NCBI GenBank assembly: GCA_964016885.1
Contig: OZ024743.1
Span: 28,582,001-28,646,000, forward strand
Direction: 5' to 3'
Length of the DNA stretch: 64,000 bases
DNA from: Eledone cirrhosa
Taxonomy: Eukaryota
Shown here: positions 28,551-41,849 of the stretch, piece by piece
Layout: each line of letters starts with the position of its first letter
Position numbering within the stretch: the first letter of the stretch is position 1
Position numbers and translations under genes: made by a program
The notes under the pieces: model-generated
Database searches by the model: none
Told to the model about the DNA's origin: nothing
Seen by the model: the letters and a program-made list of their open reading frames with translations, nothing else

Positions 28551-30941
28551 TCATGGAGGTTTGAATCTTATGAATTTAGTGGCTATTCTATGTCTGCAGA
28601 AGATAGATCTTTCTAACTTATTATTAAGTAGCCTTTTAACATTTCTAAGGATATACAATAGCTCAAGATCACATAGCCCGCAATAGGACATCCCTGTACT
28701 ATAGGTTTTAGCAGCCGACAACTTCGACCAGTTGATATTGTAGTTAGTGTTGCTGTCCTTCAATTCCCATATTTTTTTGGCGAGGGTGGTGGAACCCATA
28801 AGTGCACAGTTTTTCATTGAGTGCCTGTGCACATACCATCTTTTCTTAAAAGAACCCGCGGTGGATCCTATGTAATTCCAGGTGGAGTTACCCGAGATGA
28901 CAGTGCACATGTACACCAGGCTCGAATCGAGACATCTGTTCGCCAATGGGCACCTATCTGGGAGGTGACAGTTACGGTTTGAGGCGCTATTTTGTGCAGC
29001 TTTTACATTCCTGTTTAGTACTCTGTTACAAGTGGGTTGTGATATATGCCCAATGGGGTTTTGCTGCTGCGCGTTTGTATGCGCTTGTGGTTGTGATGTT
29101 GTGATGAGTTTGTGCTTATGTATAGGTGCAATTGATTTACTAGAGATATTTCTGTGGTTGATCTTGCGTATGTGTGATTCTATGTTAGCTGCTGTTGAGA
29201 ATGAGAGTTTTATAGTAGATCTATTGAGTATTTTGTGATATCTATGCGAGATAGGGAAGTGTTTATCTATTAGTTTAAAGAATGTAGAGGGCAGTCTAGT
29301 TTTTATAGAGGAGTTGAATATTGGGTTGAACCATAGGTATTTTCTTTGTCTGTTTCTTCTATTGTTTCTTGGGTTTACGTTATTAGTGTTTTGGCCGTTT
29401 ACTCCAGGTGTTACATGTCTAACCCTATGTCTAGTCAAGCTATTCCTATTATTATGTGAGCGGTTGGAGTAGTAATTACTAGGATTGTTTATGTTGTCCT
29501 TATTCACTATATACTGTAGTTTATCTTTATGACCGGCCCTACTTAATACTGCATTATAATAGTCAGCATGCTCGTTAAAGATTTCTAGGTTTGAGGATAA
29601 GCGGGATATTCGGAGGGATATACTACGTGCTATGGATTTAATTATGGATTTGGGGTGATTTGAGTTGTAACTAATGTAGGCAAGATTTTCATTATTTTTG
29701 TGGAAAGGTTCTATTAATCCAGTATTTAGATTTAGAGTTACATCTAGAAAATTTACCTTCTTATAGTTTAGTTCGTAGGTAATACTTAGGCCTAGTTTTT
29801 TGAAGAATATTCTAATATTTTTCCTTAGTCTTTCCATGCTCTGGTTGTTTAGGTTCCTAGCTATAAGTAACGTGTCGTCCCTATAAATTCCTCCTTGGAG
29901 GTTACTGAATTCCTTATGTAGGTTGTGTGCTATGAATAGCCCCACGATATCTGTGATTTGCGCAGAATCATTTGATCCCATTGTTATATCGAAGCTATTT
30001 ATTCTATCCTTTCTTACCCAGTAGTTATTTTCAAATTTTATGATAGTCCTTCTAGCTGCTATTATTATTTCAATTTCCTCATGGGTAAGATCAGCGTTAT
30101 TTTGGGCAAATATAAGCGCCTTATCTAGGGTAGCTGGGGATATGGATGCATAATAGTCGTCTATATCAAATTGTATGAAGTTACACGTCTCCTTATTTTG
30201 TATTTTATTGAACCATTTAATTGCCTCGTTAGTGTTGCCCCATAAATCGATTTCTAGTTTACCCTTTATTTGTGCGATTACCCTATCTAGAATGTTTTTG
30301 CTAATTTTACCTATGTCTGACTTGGATGGGCATATTAATCTAATGGTGGGATTAGTTTCAAAGTTATTTTTGTGATCCTTCAGGTTAAATGTAGGGTTAA
30401 GCGGTTCGGTCCTATCTGAAATTCCGAGTTTATTAACTATCTTGAGGCCCTCCATGTTAATGCTGGTGAGTGTAGATTCATTTGTTTTTTTATATTTTTT
30501 ATGTAGTTCACGCTGAATAAAGTTATTGTATGTGTTAATGTCCATAGAGTATACGTTTGATGTTTTGTCTGCTTTTACTATGATACAGTTAGTGTCTTTT
30601 AGTTTTTTAAGTAATGTATTTAAGTCATTTTGCAATTTGTTGTGATTTGTTCTTTTTTTAAATTTAGTTTCACTTATCATGTTCATAAGGTCCAGCTCGA
30701 AGGCATCGAGTGCGGGGTTGTTTGGCGGGTTTTTGCAGGACTTAAACCCGTAATTCTCCTTGGAAAATTCCCTTCCGTTGGTATTCGGTCCCTTATCGAA
30801 ATGGTAAGCTTTCCATCGGACCTTGCGGATGAAATCATTAGTCCGTCGTATCATGCCCAGTGTATAGTCCTTTTTTGTAGGTACAGGTATGTTTTTTAGT
30901 GACATACCTATACAGTGCTTCTCCATGTTGTTGCCGTGCAT
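28551..30941 (-). CDS. Penelope-like reverse transcriptase + C-terminal GIY-YIG endonuclease, 796 aa, uninterrupted
   Basis: KADKT, LKDHK, PTIRLICP, FDIDDYYASI, MGSNDS, GIYRDD, VNFLDVTL; Cys linker CHLPDRCPLANRC; VYMC...YIGST...FKKRWYVH; C-terminal CGLC...LLN...CRH. Confidence 0.93.
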   Translation of the reverse strand: MHGNNMEKHCIGMSLKNIPVPTKKDYTLGMIRRTNDFIRKVRWKAYHFDKGPNTNGREFSKENYGFKSCKNPPNNPALDAFELDLMNMISETKFKKRTNHNKLQNDLNTLLKKLKDTNCIIVKADKTSNVYSMDINTYNNFIQRELHKKYKKTNESTLTSINMEGLKIVNKLGISDRTEPLNPTFNLKDHKNNFETNPTIRLICPSKSDIGKISKNILDRVIAQIKGKLEIDLWGNTNEAIKWFNKIQNKETCNFIQFDIDDYYASISPATLDKALIFAQNNADLTHEEIEIIIAARRTIIKFENNYWVRKDRINSFDITMGSNDSAQITDIVGLFIAHNLHKEFSNLQGGIYRDDTLLIARNLNNQSMERLRKNIRIFFKKLGLSITYELNYKKVNFLDVTLNLNTGLIEPFHKNNENLAYISYNSNHPKSIIKSIARSISLRISRLSSNLEIFNEHADYYNAVLSRAGHKDKLQYIVNKDNINNPSNYYSNRSHNNRNSLTRHRVRHVTPGVNGQNTNNVNPRNNRRNRQRKYLWFNPIFNSSIKTRLPSTFFKLIDKHFPISHRYHKILNRSTIKLSFSTAANIESHIRKINHRNISSKSIAPIHKHKLITTSQPQAHTNAQQQNPIGHISQPTCNRVLNRNVKAAQNSASNRNCHLPDRCPLANRCLDSSLVYMCTVISGNSTWNYIGSTAGSFKKRWYVHRHSMKNCALMGSTTLAKKIWELKDSNTNYNINWSKLSAAKTYSTGMSYCGLCDLELLYILRNVKRLLNNKLERSIFCRHRIATKFIRFKPP

Positions 30942-31714
30942 TAATGGTGTTGCTCGACCAGGTGGGAGCTAAATATACGGATTAACAAATAATAGTTAAA
31001 TGCAGTCCACTTAGGTGAAGTCCAGTTATGGTATTCCAGGTAGTGGATGATATTAACGCTTGGCTTGGTTTGACTCAACAAGGCGTTTTCATAGTGATGC
31101 TGCGGGTATGCCGTAATTCCTATGTTGTAAACACTTGGAGTAATAATAAATCAGGAAAGAAGGTTTACATGGTTTGCTATACAAAAAAGTTTTTAATCAC
31201 ATAGCTTACATTTGTTTCACTGAACTGGTATGTCTAGAGATCGCTATTCGCTTAATTTTGCGTTACTCGATCGCCAATACAGAATTATAACCAGTCAGAT
31301 CTTCGGAGCATGCGAGAATGAAGAAAATACACAGGCAAGAAAAGAAAAGAAAATACAGGCTACTATATGAAGTAGTAATGGCATTCAATTAGAACAATAA
31401 CAACGATTACAACAATGCTATCAATAAATTATTTAAGGAGACCCTGACATTACTTAGGTGGGGGTATATAATGTATCTAATGTTACGGCGTGTAAAACTA
31501 GCTGTCATAAGGCAAAATGAAGCGTTGGCATGTACAAAGTATCGTAGTGTATATCAATTTTAAATTATAAAGATAAGCTAGTTTTTACAGTCTTTCTCTT
31601 CATCTTCAACAGTATACAAGAGTGGGACCACTGTCAAAGCTAAATAGTTGTAGAGTTAATGCAGAGGTTAACGAATTAATATACGCATATATTTACGCAC
31701 ACACACACACACAT

Positions 31715-31767
<53 letters not shown>

Positions 31768-31895
31768 TACACATGCATGTGTACATAGACACATACATAC
31801 ACATCAATATACACTCGTACAAAAATATACATACATGCAAAGAGAAAAGCGTGCTAATTGTAATTATGACAAAAAGAAGGTAAAGTAACATTATA

Positions 31896-32320
31896 GTAAC
31901 AGTCACCTCCCAGATAGGTGCCCATTGGCGAACAGATGTCTCGATTCGAGCCTGGTGTACATGTGCACTGTCATCTCGGGTAACTCCACCTGGAATTACA
32001 TAGGATCCACCGCGGGTTCTTTTAAGAAAAGATGGTATGTGCACAGGCACTCAATGAAAAACTGTGCACTTATGGGTTCCACCACCCTCGCCAAAAAAAT
32101 ATGGGAATTGAAGGACAGCAACACTAACTACTGTATCAACTGGTCGAAGTTGTCGGCTGCTAAAACCTATAGTACAGGGATGTCCTATTGCAGGCTATGT
32201 GATCTTGAGCTATTGTATATCCTTAGAAATGTTAAAAGGCTACTTAACAATAAGTTAGAAAGATCTATCGTCTGCAGACATAGAATAGCCACTAAATTCA
32301 TAAGATTCAAACCTCCGTGA
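31896..32320 (+). pseudogene. Inverted duplicate of the GIY-YIG C-terminus of the Penelope-like ORF
   Basis: Translation nearly identical to the last ~131 aa of 28551-30941. Confidence 0.9.
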
Positions 32321-32654
32321 ATCGAACCAGCATAACATAGCTTTAAATTAGGATACCTACTACCCACAGAAATATATTCATTAAGTATACTATATCCTTC
32401 ACAAGTCTATACCACACAATTGTCTGTAAGTACCTCATCAACCCATAAACCAACAATCTTACTCCTTCTCAGCTGCTGCCATCATTTGATCCTAAATCCT
32501 AGTTTTTCTCATTTCACTACTACACTTACTTTACCTTCTTTTTGCCATAATTACAATTAGCACGCTTTTCTCTTTGCATGTATGTATATTTGTGTACGAG
32601 TGTATATTGATGTGTATGTATGTGTCTATGTACACATGCATGTGTATATATGTG

Positions 32655-32780
<126 letters not shown>

Positions 32781-33166
32781 TAAATATATGCGTATATTTA
32801 TTCGTTAACCTCTGCATTAACTCTACAATTATTTAGCTTTGACAGTGGTCCCACTCATGTATACTGTTGAAGATGAAGAGAAAGACTGTAAAAACTAGCT
32901 TATCTTTATAATTTAAAATTGATATACACTACGATACTTTGTACATGCCAACGCTTCCTTTTGCCTTATGACAGCTAGTTTTACACGCCGTAACATTAGA
33001 TACATTATATACCCCCACCTAAGTAATGTCAGGGTCTCCTTAAATAATTTATTGATAGCATTGTTGTAATTGTTGTTATTGTTCTAATTGAATGCCATTA
33101 CTACTTCATATAGTAGCCTGTATTTTCTTTTCTTTTCTTGCCTGTGTATTTTCTTCATTCTCGCAT

Positions 33167-33272
33167 GCTCCGAAGATCTGACTGTATATAATTCTGTATT
33201 GGCGATCGAGTAACGCAAAATTAAGCGAATAGCGATCTCTAGACATACCAGTTCAGTGAAACAAATGTAAGC
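33167..33272 (+). ncRNA. Hammerhead motif in the Penelope pLTR (copies 27646-27751 and 31204-31309, minus)
   Basis: GCT CCGAAGA T CTGACTG...(~65 nt)...CAGTTCAG T GAAAC AAAT GTA AGC; U4C core variant with long stem II. Confidence 0.72.
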
Positions 33273-33973
33273 TATGTGATTAAAAACTTTTTTGTATAGC
33301 AAACCATGTAAACCTTCTTTTCTGATTTATATATATATATATATATATATACGTATGTGTGTGCATGCATCCGTAACGCCTGGTGGAGTTCAGGGATGCC
33401 TACGTGATAAACGGTGGGTCTTGAGAACTTTAAACCAGGCAAAGACCATCCTCTCTCTATGTCCGAATACAGCTATATATATGATAATTATCAATATCGC
33501 ATACAAATTAATGCGGGATTAGTTCGCTAATTAGTTATATCACATATGCCTCAACAGAACTTAAAATATATGTGGCATAGCTGTGTGGTTAAAGAATTTC
33601 TTTCTCAGCAACTTCATTCTCGGTTTCAGTACCGCTGCGTCTCACGTTCGCTAAGTGTCTTCTGACACACTCTTGAGCTGGCCAATGCTTTGTGAACAAA
33701 ATTTGGTGAATTGGAAACTGTGCGGAATCCCGATATATATATATATATATAACGAGGGAAATGTGGTAAGGAACCAAGTGGACCATAACGCACCAAAGTA
33801 CTCAATACTTAGGGTAATAGAGTGGGTAATAGGAACGAGTAGGACCCCGACGGCTGAGCTCAAGCCGTTTCGACGGCTAATTCTGGACTAAATTTAGTCC
33901 AGAATTAGCCGTCGAAACGGCTTGAGCTCAGCCGTCGGGGTCCTACTCGTTCCTATATATATATATATATAGC

Positions 33974-34020
<47 letters not shown>

Positions 34021-34028
<8 letters not shown>

Positions 34029-37000
34029 AAGAATCAAAGAACTGTTCAAAACATTTTCATGCTTACAACTGTTTCCTCCAAACCGAGGTTTGGATTCTTC
34101 GGAGAAATTTATTATTGAATGAACACTTATATGACCTCCTTTTCACCCAAGAGACATACAGATACATATGCAAATATTGTGGGTCAACAGTCATTACAGC
34201 ATTTAGAGTGGTAGTACACACTTAGAGATTACATTCATATTAAAAGATACAATCAAAAATATAGGTTAAAATACAACATGAAAATAAGCGGTTATATAGT
34301 GCAAGTGTTATATGTGTGGCAAGCACGTGCGTCTTGTTTATATAGTGTGGCAGAGAGTTACGTGTAGTAGAAGCACTTAAGTAGGTAAACAAGAGTGTTA
34401 GGTTGGTTGATCTGGTGGCAAATTCTCTATATGATTGTTATAGTGTGTGTATGGAGAAATAATATAAGCATTAAAAATAGTGCAAGCATTAAGAATATTA
34501 AAAATATTGGAAATGCACAGTGAAGGGATGATATGGATTTCATGTACTTCGACATTATCATAGTCTGGGGAGTTTATTTTTCAGATTATATGCCCCTCAC
34601 ATAATCCACAACAATTCGATATTGAGCGTTTGACAATCCAGTTAGAGAATCCTAGTCTGATGTTCATTAGTTCAATACAGAAGGATGTTACGTTTCGAGA
34701 ATCGACATTGAAATACTACCCGGAAGTGTGTGTGGCTAAGAGGAGTTAATGCATGAGGGGAGGTAACTCCGAGGTTTCCATTACTAATTATTGAAATGTG
34801 TCTCAAAATATTGAAATGTGTCTCAAAATAGACCCTAACTTCTATGGTTATGCACAATTTCTAAAAACTTCTAAAGCTTAAAGTGTTTTAACTATAGAGT
34901 AATCTATTAAGTTGTGCTGAAGGTGTTCATATTATTAAGGTGAATTAACCCCCCTCGTAGGGTGCCACAAATGAATATTATAGACGACGAGCGAGGGTTC
35001 TAAATTAATGATCTCTGTGGTTGTAGTCTACTCAAAGGACCAGGCATGGTGATTGCAGAATCACTTCAACACACAAAGATCTCTGGTAAGTTCTGGATCA
35101 TCGCTTGCTATATTGGATGTCGAAAGATGATCATCACCAGGGCCGACCAGAGGTCAATCCGCAGTCCTCATGACCCCACTCTGACCATCAAATCATCCAT
35201 ATATGTACAACCCGCACGCCAGTTGCAATACATTCATTCCCTGCACTCAGCGTACCGGTCATACTGCTCAACAGCGTTACTAGAATAATTCGTTTTACAT
35301 CTGTCCAATGAAGGCACCTCCCCCGCACAACACCAACAGGACGATCAATTCATGCTTAAATAACCTATAGAGCGGTGCAGTGCAGTTCAAGTGGGTGGAT
35401 GTTGTCACACCTAATGTAGAGGTACAGATGGGTATTCGCCCTGCGAAGGTTTCTAGAGGGATGACGCTGTTTGTGTTATATTAGATCAGTTAGTGTTGGG
35501 TATGTGGTATAAGGTGTGCCCTTGGTGTTTGATGCTAGAGGTGGTGTTTGGTTCAAGTCCGACATTGCTATATATTGGGCTTAAAGTTTTGGAAGGAATG
35601 TCTGAAGCGGTGCTGGCAAGTTGCAAACACTTCAGATTTTTTGTTAAGTAGGATACGGTTAGAGAAGATAATATTGTGGGTCTCTAGTATACAGAGGTTA
35701 CAACATTTATTAGGTGGTTTGTACGAAGTCGCGCTACCTATCACTTCCCATTTGAGTGTGTAAGGTTTATTTTTAGTTTTTAGATAGTGTATGTAGCTAG
35801 ATATTGAGGTGGAGTTGGCTAGACTGTGCTTTTTGAACGAGTGGATGTGCGAATTATATCTGATTTTGAAGCAGTTAGAAGTGGAGCCTACATAGGTTTC
35901 TGAAGAGTTGCTAGTTGTGACGGTGCATGAGTATATGATATCCTTGGTTAGGCATTTTTTATCTAAAGGGCAGGTTCTATTGGCTCTACAGTTACAATTA
36001 TCCTGTGTGTTAGTCCGCTGGTTATAATGCAGTGCAGAAGTCTGGGTGGTAGCTATAGGATTTTGGACATTCGGGTTGTCTACCCCGGTGTTATTTCTTA
36101 TACTAGTGTTATTTCTATTGTTACTGCCGTTACTATGGTCGCTTGCTATAGAGGTATTTAGAAGGTTTACATTCTGTTGTGATTTCGTTTGTTGGAAGTA
36201 AGAATTAATTTTACTTTTATTGCTGCTAGCTATGTGGTATGCTAAGTTAGGCGTCGTAGAGTATGAGATTTTAATGGTGTTTTTGTTTAAAAGGTTGTGA
36301 TACTTGTGTCCTAGAGGGAAGTTTTTATCTAGTAGTGAGAAGAAGGCCCTAGGTATGTTGGTGGAGACATTTAGGTTGAAAGGAGGGTTGAAAAATGTAT
36401 TATTTCTTCTTCTATTTTTGTTTTTAGTGTTTGGTGTGTTGTTTCTTCCTAAGGCGCTACGGTAGTTTCCGTGGTAATGGTTACTTCCGGTGGCACCCTC
36501 CGCTTTGGTGCACTTGTGGTTGCTATTCCTATTATTAGATTTCCTCATGGACATGTTGTGCGAGATGATGTAGCTATGTGTTTTCTTAGGTAGGAACTCA
36601 ATTTCTATATTATGGCCGGATCTAGCTAATGCTTGATTATAATATTGTGAGTTTTTGCTAAATATGTTTGCGTTATAGGATAGATTAGAGATTTTATTGG
36701 ATACGCCCTTAGAGATAGAGTTTAATATTGATCTAGGGTGATTAGACTTGGTATCTACGTAAATGAGTTTTTCGTTAGGCTTATGGAAAGGTGTATATAT
36801 TTTTGAGTCTAGGTATAGTGTGGCGTCTAGGAAGTTAACATTTTTAGTGTTTTTGTCCATGGTGATACTAAGGTTAAAGTTTTTGAATGTCTTGTGCAAT
36901 AGTTTTCTAGTTCTTTCTATATTAAATTTTTTATATTCTATAAGTAGAAGTGCATCATCGCGGTACAAACCACCGTTGAGGTAAGGGAGGTCCTTATGGA

Positions 37001-37247
37001 TTTCATTAAGAAGGTATAGGCCGACCAAATCAGTGACCTGCGCCGAGTCACTAGATCCCATGGTTATGTCGAAGTTGTTGTGCGTATCCTTGCGTGTCCA
37101 TAGTTGGTCCTCGAAGTTGATTATGGTTTTACGGGCCGCAAGGATGACATCAATCTGGGCTCTAGTCAGGTCACTATTGTTTATGGCCATAATTAGTGCC
37201 TTATTTAATAGGATAGGGGAAATAGAGGTGTAGTATGAATTGATACT
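34021..37247 (-). mobile_element. Second, 5'-truncated Penelope-like element (RT-GIY-YIG ORF 35568-~37247 plus a long 3' region ending in a hammerhead motif and (TA)n)
   Basis: INSYYTSISP upstream of the annotated Met, MGSSDS, GLYRDDAL, NFLDATL, CNCRANRTCPLDKKC, IYSC...YVGST, CNLC...LLNKKSE...CQH; homologous to but diverged from 28551-30941. Assignment of all of 34021-35567 to this element is inferred. Confidence 0.88.
34061..34104 (-). ncRNA. Hammerhead motif at the 3' end of the second Penelope-like element
   Basis: Minus strand: CT CCGAAGA A TCCAAAC-CTCG-GTTTGGA G GAAAC AGTT GTA AG. Confidence 0.72.
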
Positions 37248-37357
37248 GGTGATAAGGTAGTAATATATTACTGCCTACCACTATTTAGGATTTATATAAA
37301 AATATATATAACTGCAAAAGGTTTTTGTATTTACATAACCATAAATAGTATAATTAA

Positions 37358-37424
<67 letters not shown>

Positions 37425-40400
37425 AGGTGAGTTTTATTGTAGTACAATAAAGCAATGCAGATATCGGATAAGAAGCACTCTACAGTTTGTAGGACTGGAG
37501 TATACATAATATATAAGATCAAAAGATGGTTAAAAGAGTTCCATGTATTTTATTATGCGCATTTCAAAAACAAATATCATCATGCAATAATATTTGTGTT
37601 TTCATCAGATAAAATAGGAAGATATGATATGAAGGTTAAAAAACACTTGTGGATAGTGCAGTTTTGAATCATATATATATATATATATATATATAACTTT
37701 GATAACTTTGATAGGTTTCGGCCAGTATTGGTCCATGTCTAACTAGCGAAGTCTTTTAAATCGGAATTTGGGCAACCTTGCCCACTCAAGTAGCGAGTTT
37801 TGTTTACGAAGGGATATCCGGGTGTAGGAGGTTTATCCGGGATATCCTGAATATATATATATGTATGTGTGGGGTGAGTGTATGTGTGTATGTGTATGTA
37901 TATGTTTTTTTGTGTACATATATTTTCAACTAAGGCCCGTCAAAGCGATGCACCAACGTATCTACAGTCAAATTATTGAAACAAGTAAAGAAATAAAATA
38001 CTATATACAAACTAACTTGAAAAAGCTTTTTTAATATGGCATCAACTCTACACAAATTAAGTGTTTCAAGAATTACAGAGTTAAAGATGTCAGTATATTA
38101 GATCGATACCCAGCAGTATAATTTAAAAAGTTATACATTGCATGAAATACCGTTCCTACATACACAAATTATTAAACACTCACACACACACACACACACA
38201 CACATGCACATGTATGCATCCATCCATCCATATATACATTCATATATACACTATGCATGCATACATATTGCTTCTATATATTTTTTAGTGTACTTCTAAA
38301 TTGGCCGTATGCATTGGATATTTCACAAGGATGGAGCCTCTACGTAGTTGCTCAGCTTTGTATAATTAGTAGAAAACTCTCATCAAATTCATACAATCTG
38401 ATAAGACGACACCATAGATTATATTGTCCTGGGTGTACTGTGTCTTTGAAAAAAGATGGGATATTCAGGCTGGAACGTATTTAACCCCATAAATATAGTA
38501 AATCAGATAGGTGGTGAATTGGCAGAGGCGTTAGAATGTCGGCTAGAATCCTTTATAGTCTCTGCTCTCGGAGTTCAAATCCCGCCGAGGTCAGCTTTGC
38601 TTTTTATCCTTTCGAGGTCAATAAAAAGAAGTACTAGTGTAGTACTGAGGTCGATTCTTCCTATGTATCTCTTTCTCATTTTCCTGTCTCTCACTTTCTA
38701 TCTTTTTTCTGGAAGAAATCTACTGTACTCAGTCCTGGAGAGGGATGGGTCCCGCCAGGCTTAAAATGCTCAAGAAACGCCGTATGTTAATACTGCGTCC
38801 CTACGACTCTATCAGGAGTTACAGTACCATACCATAGCGAATCGGGTTGAACCTTAGGTTAAATAACAATAACAACAAGTATTTATTTAGTGTATTCCGT
38901 AGTTTCAGTTTACCGTATTTCAACCACAGTGGCTATAGCTCTTATCCAAGCCATCCCACAGTTGAATCGAACCCGGAATAACGCGGTTGTTTGCGATTCA
39001 CCTATTTGTATTATATAATATTTTCATTCATAGATATGAAGTCGTAAATTTTAGAAAAAAAATGAAAGCTAGCTTTTGTTTTCATACGGATTCTCAAGAT
39101 ATTTGAATGGCAGGCGAAATATTTGCATCCCAATGTGTATCAAACTATCTAATTGTCAAGAACTTCCGACCGAACCCTGTCTAGTAATCTTAAATAACAT
39201 AAAACAGCTTAATTACATCAACTGTGATGTGAATCTAATTTGCTCATATAACAATCAGTAAACAGTAAATGAAGTTTCATGAAACCAGCAATAAATTTCT
39301 TGTTCCATAACCAGTAAATATGTCAAACATAAGCTAATACTCTCACGTAACTGAATGTTAAATTTATGAGCTTTGAAATGTTACTAATCCTTATCAATAT
39401 AGCCATAACTGGTTCGATTGTAGTGTCAAATTTATAATAAAATCTATGCAGTAGTCAAATATATGAAATTAAATTAGGTAACTTAGTAACGGAGATTTGT
39501 AAAGAGAACAATCTCTCAAAACATATTTATATGAACATTATCCAACATATGCAATATGGATTTAGTTAGGTATTACTATCTTTGTAAACATTGGGTTTAT
39601 TAAACTACCCCATCTTTAAACCTTTTAAATCACGAACCATTAATCCATTTGACATCAAACCAAACCTAAATACCGCTGGTTTGTATGTTACAAATCTGTA
39701 TATTTTTAAGTGTTTATTTCTTTTTAAAACTTGCTTCATAATGTTATATAAGGACATTTAAGTCATGTTTCAAACACCAGCTTAATGAAAAAGTTGGTTA
39801 CATGGCTAATTCCTTTCATATTCCTGATTACTTTTAAAAGCACAGGGTGTGTCTTTCATAATAAATATGATAACGAAAGGGTTAAAAGCAACTATATTTG
39901 AAATTTGCTGGCCAATAAACTAATAAATATGAAATTGAAACGATCGTAGAAATTAACCAAATGATTCGAGTTAGTAGCTTTGGTTTTTCATCTAAATAAT
40001 AATAATAATAATAATAATATATATATATATGCATATACCTTTGAATGGAATGTTATATTTTGTCAGTTCTTAACCCTTTGACGCATAGATCACTGCTTGG
40101 ATGTTTTTTTTTTAATGCTCTTTATGAGTGTTTAATCTCAGAAGATAAAAATATATGCAATTACCATTTATCCTTTATAAATGCAATCTCTTTTTTAAAC
40201 ATCAACACTGATCTCGCATATTTTACGAACCAGAATTGAAAATAACAAAGGAAATGAACCCAACCCCACCGCCAATCACCTTTAAAAAGCAAACAATTAC
40301 GTATTAGGTATTAAAAAGATTTTCCACCCTCAATGACTTGAATAAAAAAAATGTAAGTAGATTTCGTAGGAAATCGTTCCTACGGAAACTGATAGAGGAT

Positions 40401-41849
40401 TATGTTTTTATGGGGGTTACTCTAAGTGTCACATATCTAATCCTGCATTTGTTTGCATCAATTAAACATGTTGTGGGTAGAGAGTCAACCATATATATCT
40501 TTAATTAAGTTACCAACTAAATATCAAAATGATTATTTATTCAATAAAAAAACAACACAAATATAATCTCATACTTTATTGTTATTATCACTATTATTAT
40601 TATTAATTCAATTACAAAGGCATTATCATCTTTAAAAATAACTAGTTTCCTTACTAAGCAATCATTTTTTGTATTCTTCGATCACTAACCTTCATTCTCA
40701 CTTCCTCTCTTTCTACTCTCTTCTTCTCTTTTCTTTCCCACGCTATCCTTTCCTTTTTTAGCTTCTCTCTCTCTCTCCTTCTAATTACTCGTATGAATTG
40801 AATAGCTCTCTCTCTCTCTCTCTCTCTCCACCCCCCTCTCTCTCTCTTTTTTTCTCTCTCTCCTCTCTCTCTCTCTCTCCTTCTAATTACTCGTATGTAT
40901 TGATTAGCTCTCTCTCCATCTCTTTCGCCATCTCTCTTTCCTCTCTTTCTTCTCTCTCTCTTACGTTTATTTTTGGTAGATATTTTTGACGCTTGTTTTG
41001 TTCGTCTGTGTTTTTTTATGTAAAGAGAAATTTTACTTGTATCTCCTATTTCTGCTGCCATTGATGTGAAAACCGAAGACACTTAAGAACACAATCAGCG
41101 CCTATCCTACGCCAAATTCAGTTTTCTTTAACCAACGAGAATGAAGTGCAAAGGAAATTCTTTAAAAAGAAACACTAGCTCGCGATAAATTGATTGTTTC
41201 GTATTGTGAACCAATCAATAAACCTGCTTGTTAATACCATATCTGAGACAAATTTGTATATGCTTGTATTTGTATGTGTTTGCTTTTGAGTCTGTGTGCG
41301 TATATGTATGTACGTTTCTGTATATAATTGTGTGTCTGTGTGTGAATGTGTGTGCTGTTTTTCTTAGCGTGTTTGGTTACGTCTGTGTGCTTATGTGTAT
41401 TTCACTATATACGTGTATCAATGTGAGTGTGTGTGTGCGTGTGTGTGTGTGTGTGTGAACAGAGGCTCAGCACATTGTGACAAGGAATAATATATATTCA
41501 GTGCTCCATTCCATTGTTGAAAATTACCAACACCAACACCATCACCACCACAACAACAACATTAACAACAACAACATCAACAACAACAATAACATTAACA
41601 GTAAAAATATAAAGAACGATAATAGCTTACACAAAGAGAAAACATACCTTGAGAATAAAGTAATGCAGATATACTAATCGCCCCAATTTTACCGCTCTCA
41701 CTACTGCTAAGCTTTAATTATTTCAATTTTTTATTCATATTATACAATAAAGCAAGGTTTATTTCTGTATTTGTCGTATAAGATAACCTCTTTATATGGT
41801 CACAACCAAAATACTGCTTCATTACTGGTATTCGTAAATATTTTATTGA

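Noticed and set aside
40654-41082. 142-aa R/E-rich ORF
   Set aside because: Mostly translation of (GA)n repeats.
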